A DNA stretch of 64,000 nucleotides from a virus (Duplodnaviria > Caudoviricetes). Location: IMG/VR virus record IMGVR_UViG_3300027847_001698. One strand, given 5' to 3'. The notes under the pieces were generated by a model. It was given only the letters and a program-made list of their open reading frames with translations, was not told the DNA's origin and did no database searches. Below, in pieces: positions 8,616 to 16,889 of this stretch (position 1 is the first letter of the stretch; each line of letters opens with the position of its first letter). Made by a program: the position numbers and the translations under genes.

Positions 8616-8713
8616 TTCTTCTCACCTATGCGCCAATCAATATTCATTAGTTCATCACTTCCATTTAGAGTTCAGTTGCTCTTAACTCTGCTTCGTCTCG
8701 AGACTCAGTACAA

Positions 8714-8789
8714 TGGTGGGACCGGCAGGACTCGAACCTGCAACCAACTGATTATGAGTCAGTTGCTCTAACCATTGAGCTACGGTCCC
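8714..8789 (-). tRNA. tRNA-Met or tRNA-Ile2 (CAU)
   Basis: Anticodon arm ACTGA-CT CAT AA-TCAGT; CCA encoded; paired first base so not initiator. Confidence 0.92.
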
Positions 8790-8865
8790 GTTTAAATCTT
8801 AACGAGCTCTTGTGTTATTTGATTCTTGTCTTATGGTTCTTTTACTTCTAGATGTAACTGGACTA

Positions 8866-9012
8866 CTAGTTTGTAGTATCTGCAGGTGTTTCAGCCGGAA
8901 CTTCAACTGCATCGGTGTTTGCTGGCGCGTCTGATTCTTCAGCTTGGTTTTGGTTGCATCCTGTGAATGTTAATGCGATTGCTATGAAAAATAATGCTAT
9001 GGCCTTCTTCAT
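8866..9012 (-). CDS. Small acidic lipoprotein (48 aa)
   Basis: MKKAIALFFIAIALTFTG|CNQNQAEESDAPANTDAVEVPAETPADTTN*: basic N-terminus, hydrophobic core, lipobox. AAGGA RBS. Below the ORF-track cutoff. Confidence 0.8.
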   Translation of the reverse strand: MKKAIALFFIAIALTFTGCNQNQAEESDAPANTDAVEVPAETPADTTN

Positions 9013-9047
9013 TGTATTTGTCCTTATGTTGATTAGTGATTTTAACG

Positions 9048-9105
9048 ATCTTATTGTTTTATTTTAGGAATAAATTTAAGTTAATTCTTTTATTGCTTTC
9101 GTTGG
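9048..9105 (-). repeat. Diverged copy of the tail-sheath gene 3' end (55124-55182)
   Basis: 58 vs 59 nt; 3 substitutions plus 1 indel by manual alignment. Confidence 0.9.
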
Positions 9106-9164
9106 AAACTTGAATGTAAATTTTGTTCTTTCGCTGTTTTTGATCCTGCTTCTTGGAAATAAAA

Positions 9165-9245
9165 TGGCCCGCCGACCAAGGGATTCGTCAATGAAATTAC
9201 ATACTTTTAACGAGTAAGTAGTTTGCATAACCCTAAGCCGGCAGA
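9165..9245 (-). ncRNA. Putative rod-like hairpin RNA ending in CCA
   Basis: 5' TCTGCCGGCTTAGGG pairs with 3' CCCTTGGTCGGCGGG; inner TACTTAC/GTATGTA stem; followed by CCA and TTTT. Confidence 0.5.
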
Positions 9246-9260
9246 ACCAAACTCATGAAA

Positions 9261-9337
9261 TGGTAGGCGGTGAGGGACTCGAACCCCCGACCTCTTCGGA
9301 GTAAACGAAATGCTCTAGCCAACTGAGCTAACCGCCC
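9261..9337 (-). tRNA. tRNA-Val(UAC)
   Basis: Anticodon arm TTTCG-TT TAC TC-CGAAG; CCA encoded; pyrimidine at position 37. Confidence 0.88.
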
Positions 9338-9629
9338 ATTCTGTACTCTTTATCTTTTTCGTCCTAATATGCTCTAGATATGAAATTGTATTAATCATAC
9401 CTGGATGTGATTGCATACCAACGATAAACATGTAATGTTTACTTTCCGACCCAAACAAGTTTGCCAGTTCTATCTTTGTTATTGTTCCGTCAGGATCTTC
9501 AAGTCGATCTATAAGTCAGGGAAGTGTCTCTGTGAATTGCCCACTGTCACATTCAACTATTAGTTAGCTATGTGTACTCACAAAAATTAGATTATGTTAT
9601 TCTTGAAATATGAGTAGAACTTCCTTTAC

Positions 9630-9941
9630 TTAGTCTTCTCTTTGCCAAAAAGTCTTTTCACAAGAGCAGTACAAACGTTTCACTTTAAGATCTTTAGTAC
9701 AATATATCCACATCTTACGATGATCTTTCTTGAACCAAAGAAACTTACAATGAAACAACCGTTTTATCCGTGCGCTAAGAACACCAATAGCATTCAATAT
9801 ACAAATCCTCGATCTAGGAGTAAGGAAGAATTTAACTTCCATTATCAGATGACAAATTTGATTCCTTTCAATTTTACTCCAGTTTAGAAGATGTTCACTC
9901 ATAGATAAATATATATAACTCACCCGAGATATATATGGCAA
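9630..9941 (-). CDS. Hypothetical protein; start probably internal
   Basis: 103-aa ORF with Cys/His-rich C-terminus. Confidence 0.4.
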   Translation of the reverse strand: MPYISRVSYIYLSMSEHLLNWSKIERNQICHLIMEVKFFLTPRSRICILNAIGVLSARIKRLFHCKFLWFKKDHRKMWIYCTKDLKVKRLYCSCEKTFWQRED

Positions 9942-10053
9942 TCAAAGTATAGATACGTGACAATATAAGTACTAGAATACAATACTTTCTTAGTCAGAAA
10001 AAGCTCTAATTTATAATCTATTTCCTGTCACTAATCTCATCTTCCCTTTAATT

Positions 10054-10299
10054 TTATTCTGGTTTAGATAGTAATAATGATAACAATAATATGTCAGCAA
10101 CATTGTCATCATTACATGTATTTTTTATCTTATCTATAGATGTTACTAGTTTATTTAATTCTGTTTTATTATTCGCTAATGCATGAATATCGTTTATCCT
10201 ATTTTGCAAATTACTAGAAAGCAGAGAAATTTTAGGTTTCCTCTTTGGTCTAACATTGCGTTTTGGTCTAGGAGCTGGTACTTCTAATTCTGATGACAT
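10054..10299 (-). CDS. Hypothetical protein
   Basis: 81-aa ORF. Confidence 0.55.
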   Translation of the reverse strand: MSSELEVPAPRPKRNVRPKRKPKISLLSSNLQNRINDIHALANNKTELNKLVTSIDKIKNTCNDDNVADILLLSLLLSKPE

Positions 10300-10307
10300 A
10301 ATTTCAT

Positions 10308-10913
10308 TTATTCCCCTTGTAATAATGCTTTTAAAGTAATAGCAACTTCAATCTTTTTAGATAGATTACTTGCTTCATCCATATTTTTATAGTTTTTGAA
10401 TTTTATCCATTGTTTAATAACTTCCTCAAGTCTAGACAAAACTAAAATTTCTTGAGTTTCAAATTCAGATTTTTTATTATTGCAGAGTCTACACATCACT
10501 TGATAATTATTTTGAGTGTTACTTCCGTCCTTACCTTTACATATTACATGATCTTTAGTAAAGAGAACTTCATCTCCATCATCATCAATCCCATATAAAT
10601 TTAAATGAAACTTGTCTTGTTTGTCGTGGCACTCTGCTGCAAAAAATGTACCTTCTAAATTACACGCGCAGCAAACAGTTCCCTTTTCAGCAAACAGTTT
10701 CAATCTTTGTGAAGCCATGTTAATATCTATACCATGAAAATTCATTCTTTGTTTAGGAATATTAACAGTTCGAATTATAGTTAATACTTCTTCTATTGTG
10801 AATGTACATTGTCGGGTTAGATTTTGTTTCTTTCTATTATCTCTATTTCGCCCCCGACCACCATGAACTCCTCTCCGTCTTTTACTCATAATTAACACAA
10901 GGCACATTAACAC
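10308..10913 (-). CDS. HNH endonuclease
   Basis: CCAC...TKDHVI...GSN...NYQVMCRLCNNKK. Confidence 0.85.
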   Translation of the reverse strand: MLMCLVLIMSKRRRGVHGGRGRNRDNRKKQNLTRQCTFTIEEVLTIIRTVNIPKQRMNFHGIDINMASQRLKLFAEKGTVCCACNLEGTFFAAECHDKQDKFHLNLYGIDDDGDEVLFTKDHVICKGKDGSNTQNNYQVMCRLCNNKKSEFETQEILVLSRLEEVIKQWIKFKNYKNMDEASNLSKKIEVAITLKALLQGE

Positions 10914-10951
10914 CTACATTTAAAATTAATACTAAATCATATTTCCTTTTA

Positions 10952-11029
10952 TGGGTGGAATAGTGGGGTTCGAACCCACGACCTCCTGGGCCACAACCGG
11001 GCGCTCTAACCAACTGAGCTATATTCCAC
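10952..11029 (-). tRNA. tRNA-His(GUG)
   Basis: Loop TT GTG GC; encoded G-1 opposite C73; CCA. Confidence 0.92.
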
Positions 11030-11100
11030 ATCTATAAAAATTTCCATTTTAAGAACACCTAGGATCAACTTATGTATGTTCGCGTATCCTATCATTATAT

Positions 11101-11313
11101 CTATATATTATTGATTATATACAGTTTATTAATCTCTAACCTAACTACTATTATTTTTTCTTTTATTTTTGATTTGATATCTTCAAACTCAAAATCTTCC
11201 ATCATTTGGTCAAGTATTAATTTTAATATCAAAAGACCTGGATATCCTAACTCGTCTACTGGTTTAGTTAACAGGTTTCTTTTCTGACCTGAGGTCATTT
11301 CTATTAGCTCCAT
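11101..11313 (-). CDS. Hypothetical protein
   Basis: 70-aa ORF overlapping the upstream gene. Confidence 0.5.
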   Translation of the reverse strand: MELIEMTSGQKRNLLTKPVDELGYPGLLILKLILDQMMEDFEFEDIKSKIKEKIIVVRLEINKLYIINNI

Positions 11314-11623
11314 TCATCCAAGGTTGAGAGTCCATTGTTTTCAGCCAACTACCCAATGTTGGAATGAATCCTAAATCTTCAATTATATGATCCTCGGCAA
11401 GTTGACGTACTGATACCTCTTTGTTATCAGAGTTTATCAATATATGCCCAAATACTTTCTCAACAATAAAAGTACCAAATGCATGATGAAGGACTACACG
11501 ATGACTGATTTCAGGAAAAGCAGACTTACTAGAATCCATAAAATCATGTATCTCTATATAATCTTCCCATTTCCCACCATATTTTACCACACTGTTATCC
11601 GCATGTATTTTTGGTTTTGACAT
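11264..11623 (-). CDS. DUF6915-like His-rich phage protein
   Basis: P..HA..SV.KYGG..EDY..IHDFMDSSK...HR..LHH..G.F...KVFG...EDHIIEDLG pattern. Confidence 0.65.
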   Translation of the reverse strand: MSKPKIHADNSVVKYGGKWEDYIEIHDFMDSSKSAFPEISHRVVLHHAFGTFIVEKVFGHILINSDNKEVSVRQLAEDHIIEDLGFIPTLGSWLKTMDSQPWMNGANRNDLRSEKKPVN

Positions 11624-11626
11624 AAC

Positions 11627-12082
11627 CTACTCCAATAATTCAGATGTATCAACTACGGTTTCTTGTACGAAATAAAACGGAGAAATCATATTATCATATA
11701 TCTCATCCCAACGTTCTATTGGCATATTGGAGTTTATTGAGTCTAGTGGTGACTCAGGATCTTCTTCTACGTATATTTTTTCATGCGGACCAGGACCAAT
11801 TAATCCTTCATTTTTATGTTGTTCGTAGATAGTCATAGACTTGAAAAATTCAGAAGGTTCATAATAAAAATTATCTAAGTTGCCATCATAGTCAGATACA
11901 ACATAATCAAATGACCTCTTTGACGCTTCTTTTATTGCTGTTTTATGCTTAGTAAATATTATTTCACATGACCCTGAATCGCCAGAATCACAATAATATA
12001 TTTCGTCATTATACTCATATTGTCGGGCACATAACACATACATCTTTGGTGATTCGGGCATTAAATTAATCCTTTTGAACAA
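11627..12082 (-). CDS. Acidic hypothetical protein
   Basis: 151-aa ORF. Confidence 0.6.
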   Translation of the reverse strand: MFKRINLMPESPKMYVLCARQYEYNDEIYYCDSGDSGSCEIIFTKHKTAIKEASKRSFDYVVSDYDGNLDNFYYEPSEFFKSMTIYEQHKNEGLIGPGPHEKIYVEEDPESPLDSINSNMPIERWDEIYDNMISPFYFVQETVVDTSELLE

Positions 12083-12399
12083 GTTAATAAAGTGATACTG
12101 TCTGATGTATAAACTTCAACATTATCAACAACAGTTTCTATCATTACTGATTCTTCTAGCCATCGTTGCATCAAAGAATTGGTGATCATATATACACCTA
12201 CATCGCCATTAGTACTAACTATTGATGTATCTACTAATAAATCTATTACATCTGGAGCATAGATTAAAATTTGATTGAAATCACATTCCTCAAATTCTGT
12301 ACATATGATTTCTTTATTCTTCTTAAGCCATCTAACAAAATCTATGGCAGTTATACTCTCTCTATTTCCTGTTAATGCAAGCAGTGTCACATATGCCAT
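12061..12399 (-). CDS. Hypothetical protein
   Basis: 112-aa ORF with AGGA RBS. Confidence 0.6.
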   Translation of the reverse strand: MAYVTLLALTGNRESITAIDFVRWLKKNKEIICTEFEECDFNQILIYAPDVIDLLVDTSIVSTNGDVGVYMITNSLMQRWLEESVMIETVVDNVEVYTSDSITLLTCSKGLI

Positions 12400-12431
12400 A
12401 TTAAGTTCCTTTCTATTACTATTACCACATA

Positions 12432-12505
12432 TGGTTGGGATACTCGGATTTGGACCGAAGACTTTCTCCGTGCAAGGAAGACTCTAACCGCTGAGATATA
12501 CCCCA
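12432..12505 (-). tRNA. Degenerate tRNA-Ala(UGC)-like, probable pseudo-tRNA
   Basis: Loop CT TGC AC and CCA present, but T-loop is TCCAAAT and there is no G3:U70 pair. Confidence 0.6.
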
Positions 12506-12553
12506 TCTTATTGTTTTGTTTAGGTTATACTAATATTAGAAAGGTTCATTCCC

Positions 12554-13624
12554 CTAGCGGTCATCCGCATAATGTAATTCAAATGCGTTCCAATCCGTTT
12601 CTCCGTATTCAGAATCAACAAACCACGTTATCTGTGCTGGTTTTGCGTTACGACCATTTGCGTGATCATATTCAGAACAGCCCGATAAACTACCATTCAC
12701 CATGAAAAACTCTGTGTTCATGGGAACATGAAAATGACCAATTATCATCTTATGAAACTGGTGCTCCGTAAACATGCGAGACTTGGCCTCTCTCGATGTT
12801 TCTCTCTCTGCGCCGTACCATGGAAATCCTGCCCACCCTTGAATCGTGTGTCCGTGTTCAACCAAATACTTAACATTTTGAATTTGAATGACTTTCTTGA
12901 TTGGTACTTCCAAGTGAAAATTAATATTGTCTATTTCTGCCAATTTCAATTGAGCCATATAGCCAACTAAATAATTATATGAATTGACACCAGCTTGTTT
13001 CATCTGGTTCTTCTTGGTTCTTCTAGAATGATTATCCGGAACTAAGAATTCAACTCTTACTGTTTCAAAATGAGGAGAAATTGTAGCAACAAATTCAGAG
13101 AATAATGCTGCGGCATTAGTGCATTGTAATGGTATAGGAAACTCATTTGTTACTCTTAATTCATCATGAATATCACCGGAGATCATGTCCCCATTGCAGA
13201 TGATAACACATTCGTCAATATTATGAGTATGTCGTTTCCCTTCCACTTTCTCTAAGAATCGTTCAATTAGAAAGCCAGCTCTTTTTGTGGCAATTTCAAG
13301 ATTGAATGAATTGAATCCTTCGATCTCATCTTGTTCAATGTCAGCCCCAATATGCCAATCTGATACCTGTAAAACTGCACTGCATGTTTTATCTATATCA
13401 GTATTGGCTACATATTCTATTTCAGGGGCATCAATGATATCTAGGTGTTCTACTATTTGACCAAAGAAATCTTCCTGTTGTCCAAGTTGTAATTTTAACT
13501 CATCTACTTTAGATCTAAGTTTTTTAGCATCCGCTCTAAGTTTCCTTACTATTGGATCTGGATCTATTTCATTTTTGAATTCTGCTGCTGATATTGAACT
13601 ATTTAATGTGTCAGTTGACTCCAT
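12554..13624 (-). CDS. Calcineurin-like metallophosphoesterase with N-terminal coiled coil
   Basis: SDWHIG, GDMISG, DNH, HGH and GHFH motifs. Confidence 0.85.
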   Translation of the reverse strand: MESTDTLNSSISAAEFKNEIDPDPIVRKLRADAKKLRSKVDELKLQLGQQEDFFGQIVEHLDIIDAPEIEYVANTDIDKTCSAVLQVSDWHIGADIEQDEIEGFNSFNLEIATKRAGFLIERFLEKVEGKRHTHNIDECVIICNGDMISGDIHDELRVTNEFPIPLQCTNAAALFSEFVATISPHFETVRVEFLVPDNHSRRTKKNQMKQAGVNSYNYLVGYMAQLKLAEIDNINFHLEVPIKKVIQIQNVKYLVEHGHTIQGWAGFPWYGAERETSREAKSRMFTEHQFHKMIIGHFHVPMNTEFFMVNGSLSGCSEYDHANGRNAKPAQITWFVDSEYGETDWNAFELHYADDR

Positions 13625-13647
13625 AATTGTCTATCCGATTTTAAAAG

Positions 13648-14115
13648 TTAAGCGACGTCTATAACTTCTTGTAGTGAAGTCAGGACACCTTCTTTTCCCC
13701 AAATTACATACTGTCTATTTTTCTGTTTGACTTCTAATTGATTAGAAGTCAAATCATCATGTGTAACTGCTTTCTTCCATTTGTCTATAGGTATACCTAA
13801 TTCTCTACGGAAGTCTGCATCTTTTATAATATTATTTCCTAGTCTCTCTAATCCATTTTTAATTTTTTGTGGAACATCAAATTCGGCCTTGAATGATTCA
13901 ACCGACATGGCATTTTGAAGTGCACCTTTAGATTTTTTCCGTTTCTTATTAACTGATGAACCATTTACCTTTTTGAGCATCTTATACGTTGCAGAATAAG
14001 AAACATTTAAAGCGGTCATGCAATCTTTTATGAGAAGTGTATTACTTTCATATTTATGTTTATTTATATTAATCCATTGTCTTGTTGTAATTTTAGTTTC
14101 CAATTTATTCCTCAA
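13648..14115 (-). CDS. Basic hypothetical protein, possibly DNA-binding (HTH-like)
   Basis: 155 aa, Lys-rich; directly upstream of the phosphoesterase. Confidence 0.55.
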   Translation of the reverse strand: MRNKLETKITTRQWININKHKYESNTLLIKDCMTALNVSYSATYKMLKKVNGSSVNKKRKKSKGALQNAMSVESFKAEFDVPQKIKNGLERLGNNIIKDADFRRELGIPIDKWKKAVTHDDLTSNQLEVKQKNRQYVIWGKEGVLTSLQEVIDVA

Positions 14116-14175
14116 TTGTTATTTTGTTCTATCATAAATTCATATTAAATCTCAGAAACTCAACCAGTTATATTT

Positions 14176-14817
14176 TTATTCAGATTCCAAATCTCCAATA
14201 TTAGGCTGGAAGATTACATTAGTTTGATCTGATGTGGTTGATCTCTCACTTGTAAAATCATATTCATAATTTTCTAACAATTCTAAAATCTTTTCATTCA
14301 GTTTTATCTCCCTTTTGATTTCATTTATATGTTTGTTAGTAACTTCTATTTTAGCATCTAACATATGGACTAATGTGTTATCTTTCTTTTCTATTTTATG
14401 AGAAATCTTTTCTTTGATCTTCCCATATTTCATTATAGCCCTGTCTGCGTTCTTGATTTTCTTGTTTAAAGATAAAACATTATTAGTTATATGATTGGTC
14501 ATTGTCGTGACAACATTCATATCAAATGACATATCCATATTTGAGTCAACTATTGAACCAAACAGTTGACACATTCCCGATACCGCCATTGATTCTAATG
14601 ATGTTTCAGATAAGAACTCTAATGGTTCCCCTGAATCATATCTAGCTTTTTTATCAGCATCACTTAAGACTTCATATGCCTGACTTAATTCTTTAAATTC
14701 TTCTTCTTTGTCAGGATGTCGATCAGGATGACACTCCATACTTCGACACCTATATGCCTTTTTGATTTCATCTTCTGATGCATCAACTTCAACTCCTAAT
14801 ATTTCATATAACTTCAT
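14176..14817 (-). CDS. J-domain (DnaJ-like) co-chaperone without zinc finger
   Basis: YEILGV...EIKKAYR...HPDR...[13 protein letters not shown]. Confidence 0.9.
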   Translation of the reverse strand: MKLYEILGVEVDASEDEIKKAYRCRSMECHPDRHPDKEEEFKELSQAYEVLSDADKKARYDSGEPLEFLSETSLESMAVSGMCQLFGSIVDSNMDMSFDMNVVTTMTNHITNNVLSLNKKIKNADRAIMKYGKIKEKISHKIEKKDNTLVHMLDAKIEVTNKHINEIKREIKLNEKILELLENYEYDFTSERSTTSDQTNVIFQPNIGDLESE

Positions 14818-14820
14818 CTA

Positions 14821-15069
14821 TTATATCATGTCATCATGTGTTCGATTAACCTTTTCGTTTAGCTCATCTATGGTTTCAGCGAGAGTTTCCCCGCAATTAG
14901 CACATTGGTAGCGATCAACCTCGCCACCAATGTAATGTGTTAATTGATCACCATATTCAGGGTAACCATCATTAACCTCGGTGACCTCAGAGGATACGGT
15001 AACATCCGTCATAATCTCTTCGACAGACGTGTTTTCCGTATTGCATTTTGTGCAAGTGATACCTTCCAT
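14821..15069 (-). CDS. Zinc-ribbon protein
   Basis: CTKC...CANC motifs. Confidence 0.6.
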   Translation of the reverse strand: MEGITCTKCNTENTSVEEIMTDVTVSSEVTEVNDGYPEYGDQLTHYIGGEVDRYQCANCGETLAETIDELNEKVNRTHDDMI

Positions 15070-15206
15070 TCGTCAATGTCTCCGTAGTCTTGTGCGATTC
15101 TGGTGCAGAGTTCGATCAACATGTCGCGTCCATAGAACGGGCTACCTGCTTGATCATCATACTTCTCCTTGTTAGAATAGTAGCTCCGATTGGGTCCGGC
15201 ACTGAA

Positions 15207-15902
15207 TTAGTTTGCTATATCCTCCTTTTCGGGATAAAGCCCATTCTTTTCATCTCGGCGTTGCTGCTCGTCTAAATCCTTTTCCCGCTCATCTATCTCC
15301 CGCTCTCGGTCTCCAAAATTTTTCATCCATGAGCAAAGCAATTCCCTAGCTTTATTTTTAGTTACAAAAAACTCAGTGATGATGTATTTATCAGCTGCAA
15401 ACATATTGGTTATACCTGATTCGCGCAGTTCATCTAAGAACACATTCACTTCCTCTTTGAAACTATTTTCCATATCATCGACATGCTGCATGGGAGTACG
15501 CCTCGACTGTCCTTCATGCCATGCTGCATTGCATCTTGTAGTAGTGGCAGCTTCGTCTTGCTCCTTCTTACGTTTTTGGGCATCCTTGTATATCTGTACC
15601 CCCTCTGCCGGCCAGCCATCTATCCAGCGCCGCCCCTGTGTGTACTGGGGAGTCTCGTATCGAGTAGTCATATTGTCCCCCTTGTCTACGTCAGGGGTCT
15701 GTCGGTAGTCCACTCTAATGCAGTTATCCAGTACATCTTCTGCGATTGCTGCCTGTACGTCGAGGGATGTCACACTGAGATACTCGGTCGGGTGAACGAT
15801 GGCTACTTCTTGTACGCTGTCATCGCTATCTTCCCGCATCAGAACTACTCGTCCACTTCCGTCAACGTGCATCTCTGTGTAGTAGTCTATTGTCTTTTTC
15901 AC
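15207..15902 (-). CDS. Hypothetical protein, apparently a mosaic of small phage modules
   Basis: 231 aa with alternating GC-rich and AT-rich DNA segments. Confidence 0.55.
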   Translation of the reverse strand: MKKTIDYYTEMHVDGSGRVVLMREDSDDSVQEVAIVHPTEYLSVTSLDVQAAIAEDVLDNCIRVDYRQTPDVDKGDNMTTRYETPQYTQGRRWIDGWPAEGVQIYKDAQKRKKEQDEAATTTRCNAAWHEGQSRRTPMQHVDDMENSFKEEVNVFLDELRESGITNMFAADKYIITEFFVTKNKARELLCSWMKNFGDREREIDEREKDLDEQQRRDEKNGLYPEKEDIAN

Positions 15903-16015
15903 TGGTTACTCTCCTTGGTTGTTAGCTATTACATGCTAAATGAGTTTTCCGAAAATTATTAATTAACTTTTTGATGCTCGCAAACCTTGAAGTCAAGATT
16001 CGTATGTTGTGACTT

Positions 16016-16270
16016 CTAAACGGAGTTTGTACATACCCAAAACCAATTTCCGTGTGAATCCTTCATTACTTCCTTGTTACATTTAGAACAGATCGCATGA
16101 TACCTACGCCCATCATGGTATTTTCGGCCTTCACCGTTTCCATTGTGACAACTAAATAATGTACAAGATAATTTAGTGCCACACATTTTGTCTATTAAAC
16201 AAAAAACGAAAGGTAACAATATTAGTAAACAAACTAAAATTCCTATAACTATAAGCCATTGATTTAACAT
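16016..16270 (-). CDS. Small membrane protein with Cys/His-rich domain
   Basis: N-terminal hydrophobic segment, then CH...H..C..C. Confidence 0.6.
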   Translation of the reverse strand: MLNQWLIVIGILVCLLILLPFVFCLIDKMCGTKLSCTLFSCHNGNGEGRKYHDGRRYHAICSKCNKEVMKDSHGNWFWVCTNSV

Positions 16271-16300
16271 GAAAATATCTCCTTTAGTGTTAGAATGTGG

Positions 16301-16393
16301 TGGGTGGGAAAGGGGAGATTCGAACTCCCAACGGTTCTAAAGTAACGGGTTATAACCCGCCGAGGTACATCACCAGTCTCCTAAGCTTTCCCA
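16301..16393 (-). tRNA. Atypical long-variable-arm tRNA-like gene (Tyr-like or non-canonical)
   Basis: Perfect T-arm GGGAG-TTCGAAT-CTCCC. Acceptor TGGGAAAG/CTTTCCCA (8 bp) then C-CCA. Anticodon loop of only 6 nt (TTATAA). Confidence 0.55.
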
Positions 16394-16421
16394 TATGTAT
16401 TTAAACTGATCTTGTATTTGA

Positions 16422-16494
16422 AAGGTCCAGAAGAATTCGAACCTTCAACCACCAGGATCAAAACCTGGTGTTCTGCCAGTTGAACTATGGAACC
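16422..16494 (-). tRNA. tRNA-Gln(UUG), CCA not encoded
   Basis: Anticodon arm CCAGG-TT TTG AT-CCTGG. Confidence 0.88.
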
Positions 16495-16502
16495 ATTTAT
16501 AA

Positions 16503-16889
16503 CTACTCTGGAAATCTTACCATCACTTCGTCATCATCTAACTTTGTCCACCTAAAACCATATTTGATATACCAATCCGTTAATTCATGGTATGTCATTC
16601 GTCCATATGACAAGGGGATACAAATTACTGTAATATGATTTTTATCAAGAATCGTCAACAACTCTGTCATCAACAGGGTTCCATCGCCCTGACTCTCGAT
16701 TTTAGATTTTATCCTAGAAAACCAAAACACTTTCCCGGGTAGCTCACTATTAGTTATGTCCATGGTAAGACTACATATGGCACCGGACTCGGTTATCATT
16801 TCGATAGTTGTAGAAGTTATTTTTGTTGGAAAAACCAACGTTGGCGTGTAATAACAACTCACATATTTTCTACTATTAACTGAGTACAA
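16503..16889 (-). CDS. GNAT-family acetyltransferase
   Basis: SQGDGTLLMTELL (motif A-like) and WYIKYGF (motif B). Confidence 0.7.
   Translation of the reverse strand: MYSVNSRKYVSCYYTPTLVFPTKITSTTIEMITESGAICSLTMDITNSELPGKVFWFSRIKSKIESQGDGTLLMTELLTILDKNHITVICIPLSYGRMTYHELTDWYIKYGFRWTKLDDDEVMVRFPE

Noticed and set aside
9340-9600. Minus-strand frame interrupted by TGA (IVECDSGQFTETLP*LIDRLED...)
   Set aside because: No start codon and a TAA just upstream; treated as an unidentifiable decayed gene rather than readthrough.
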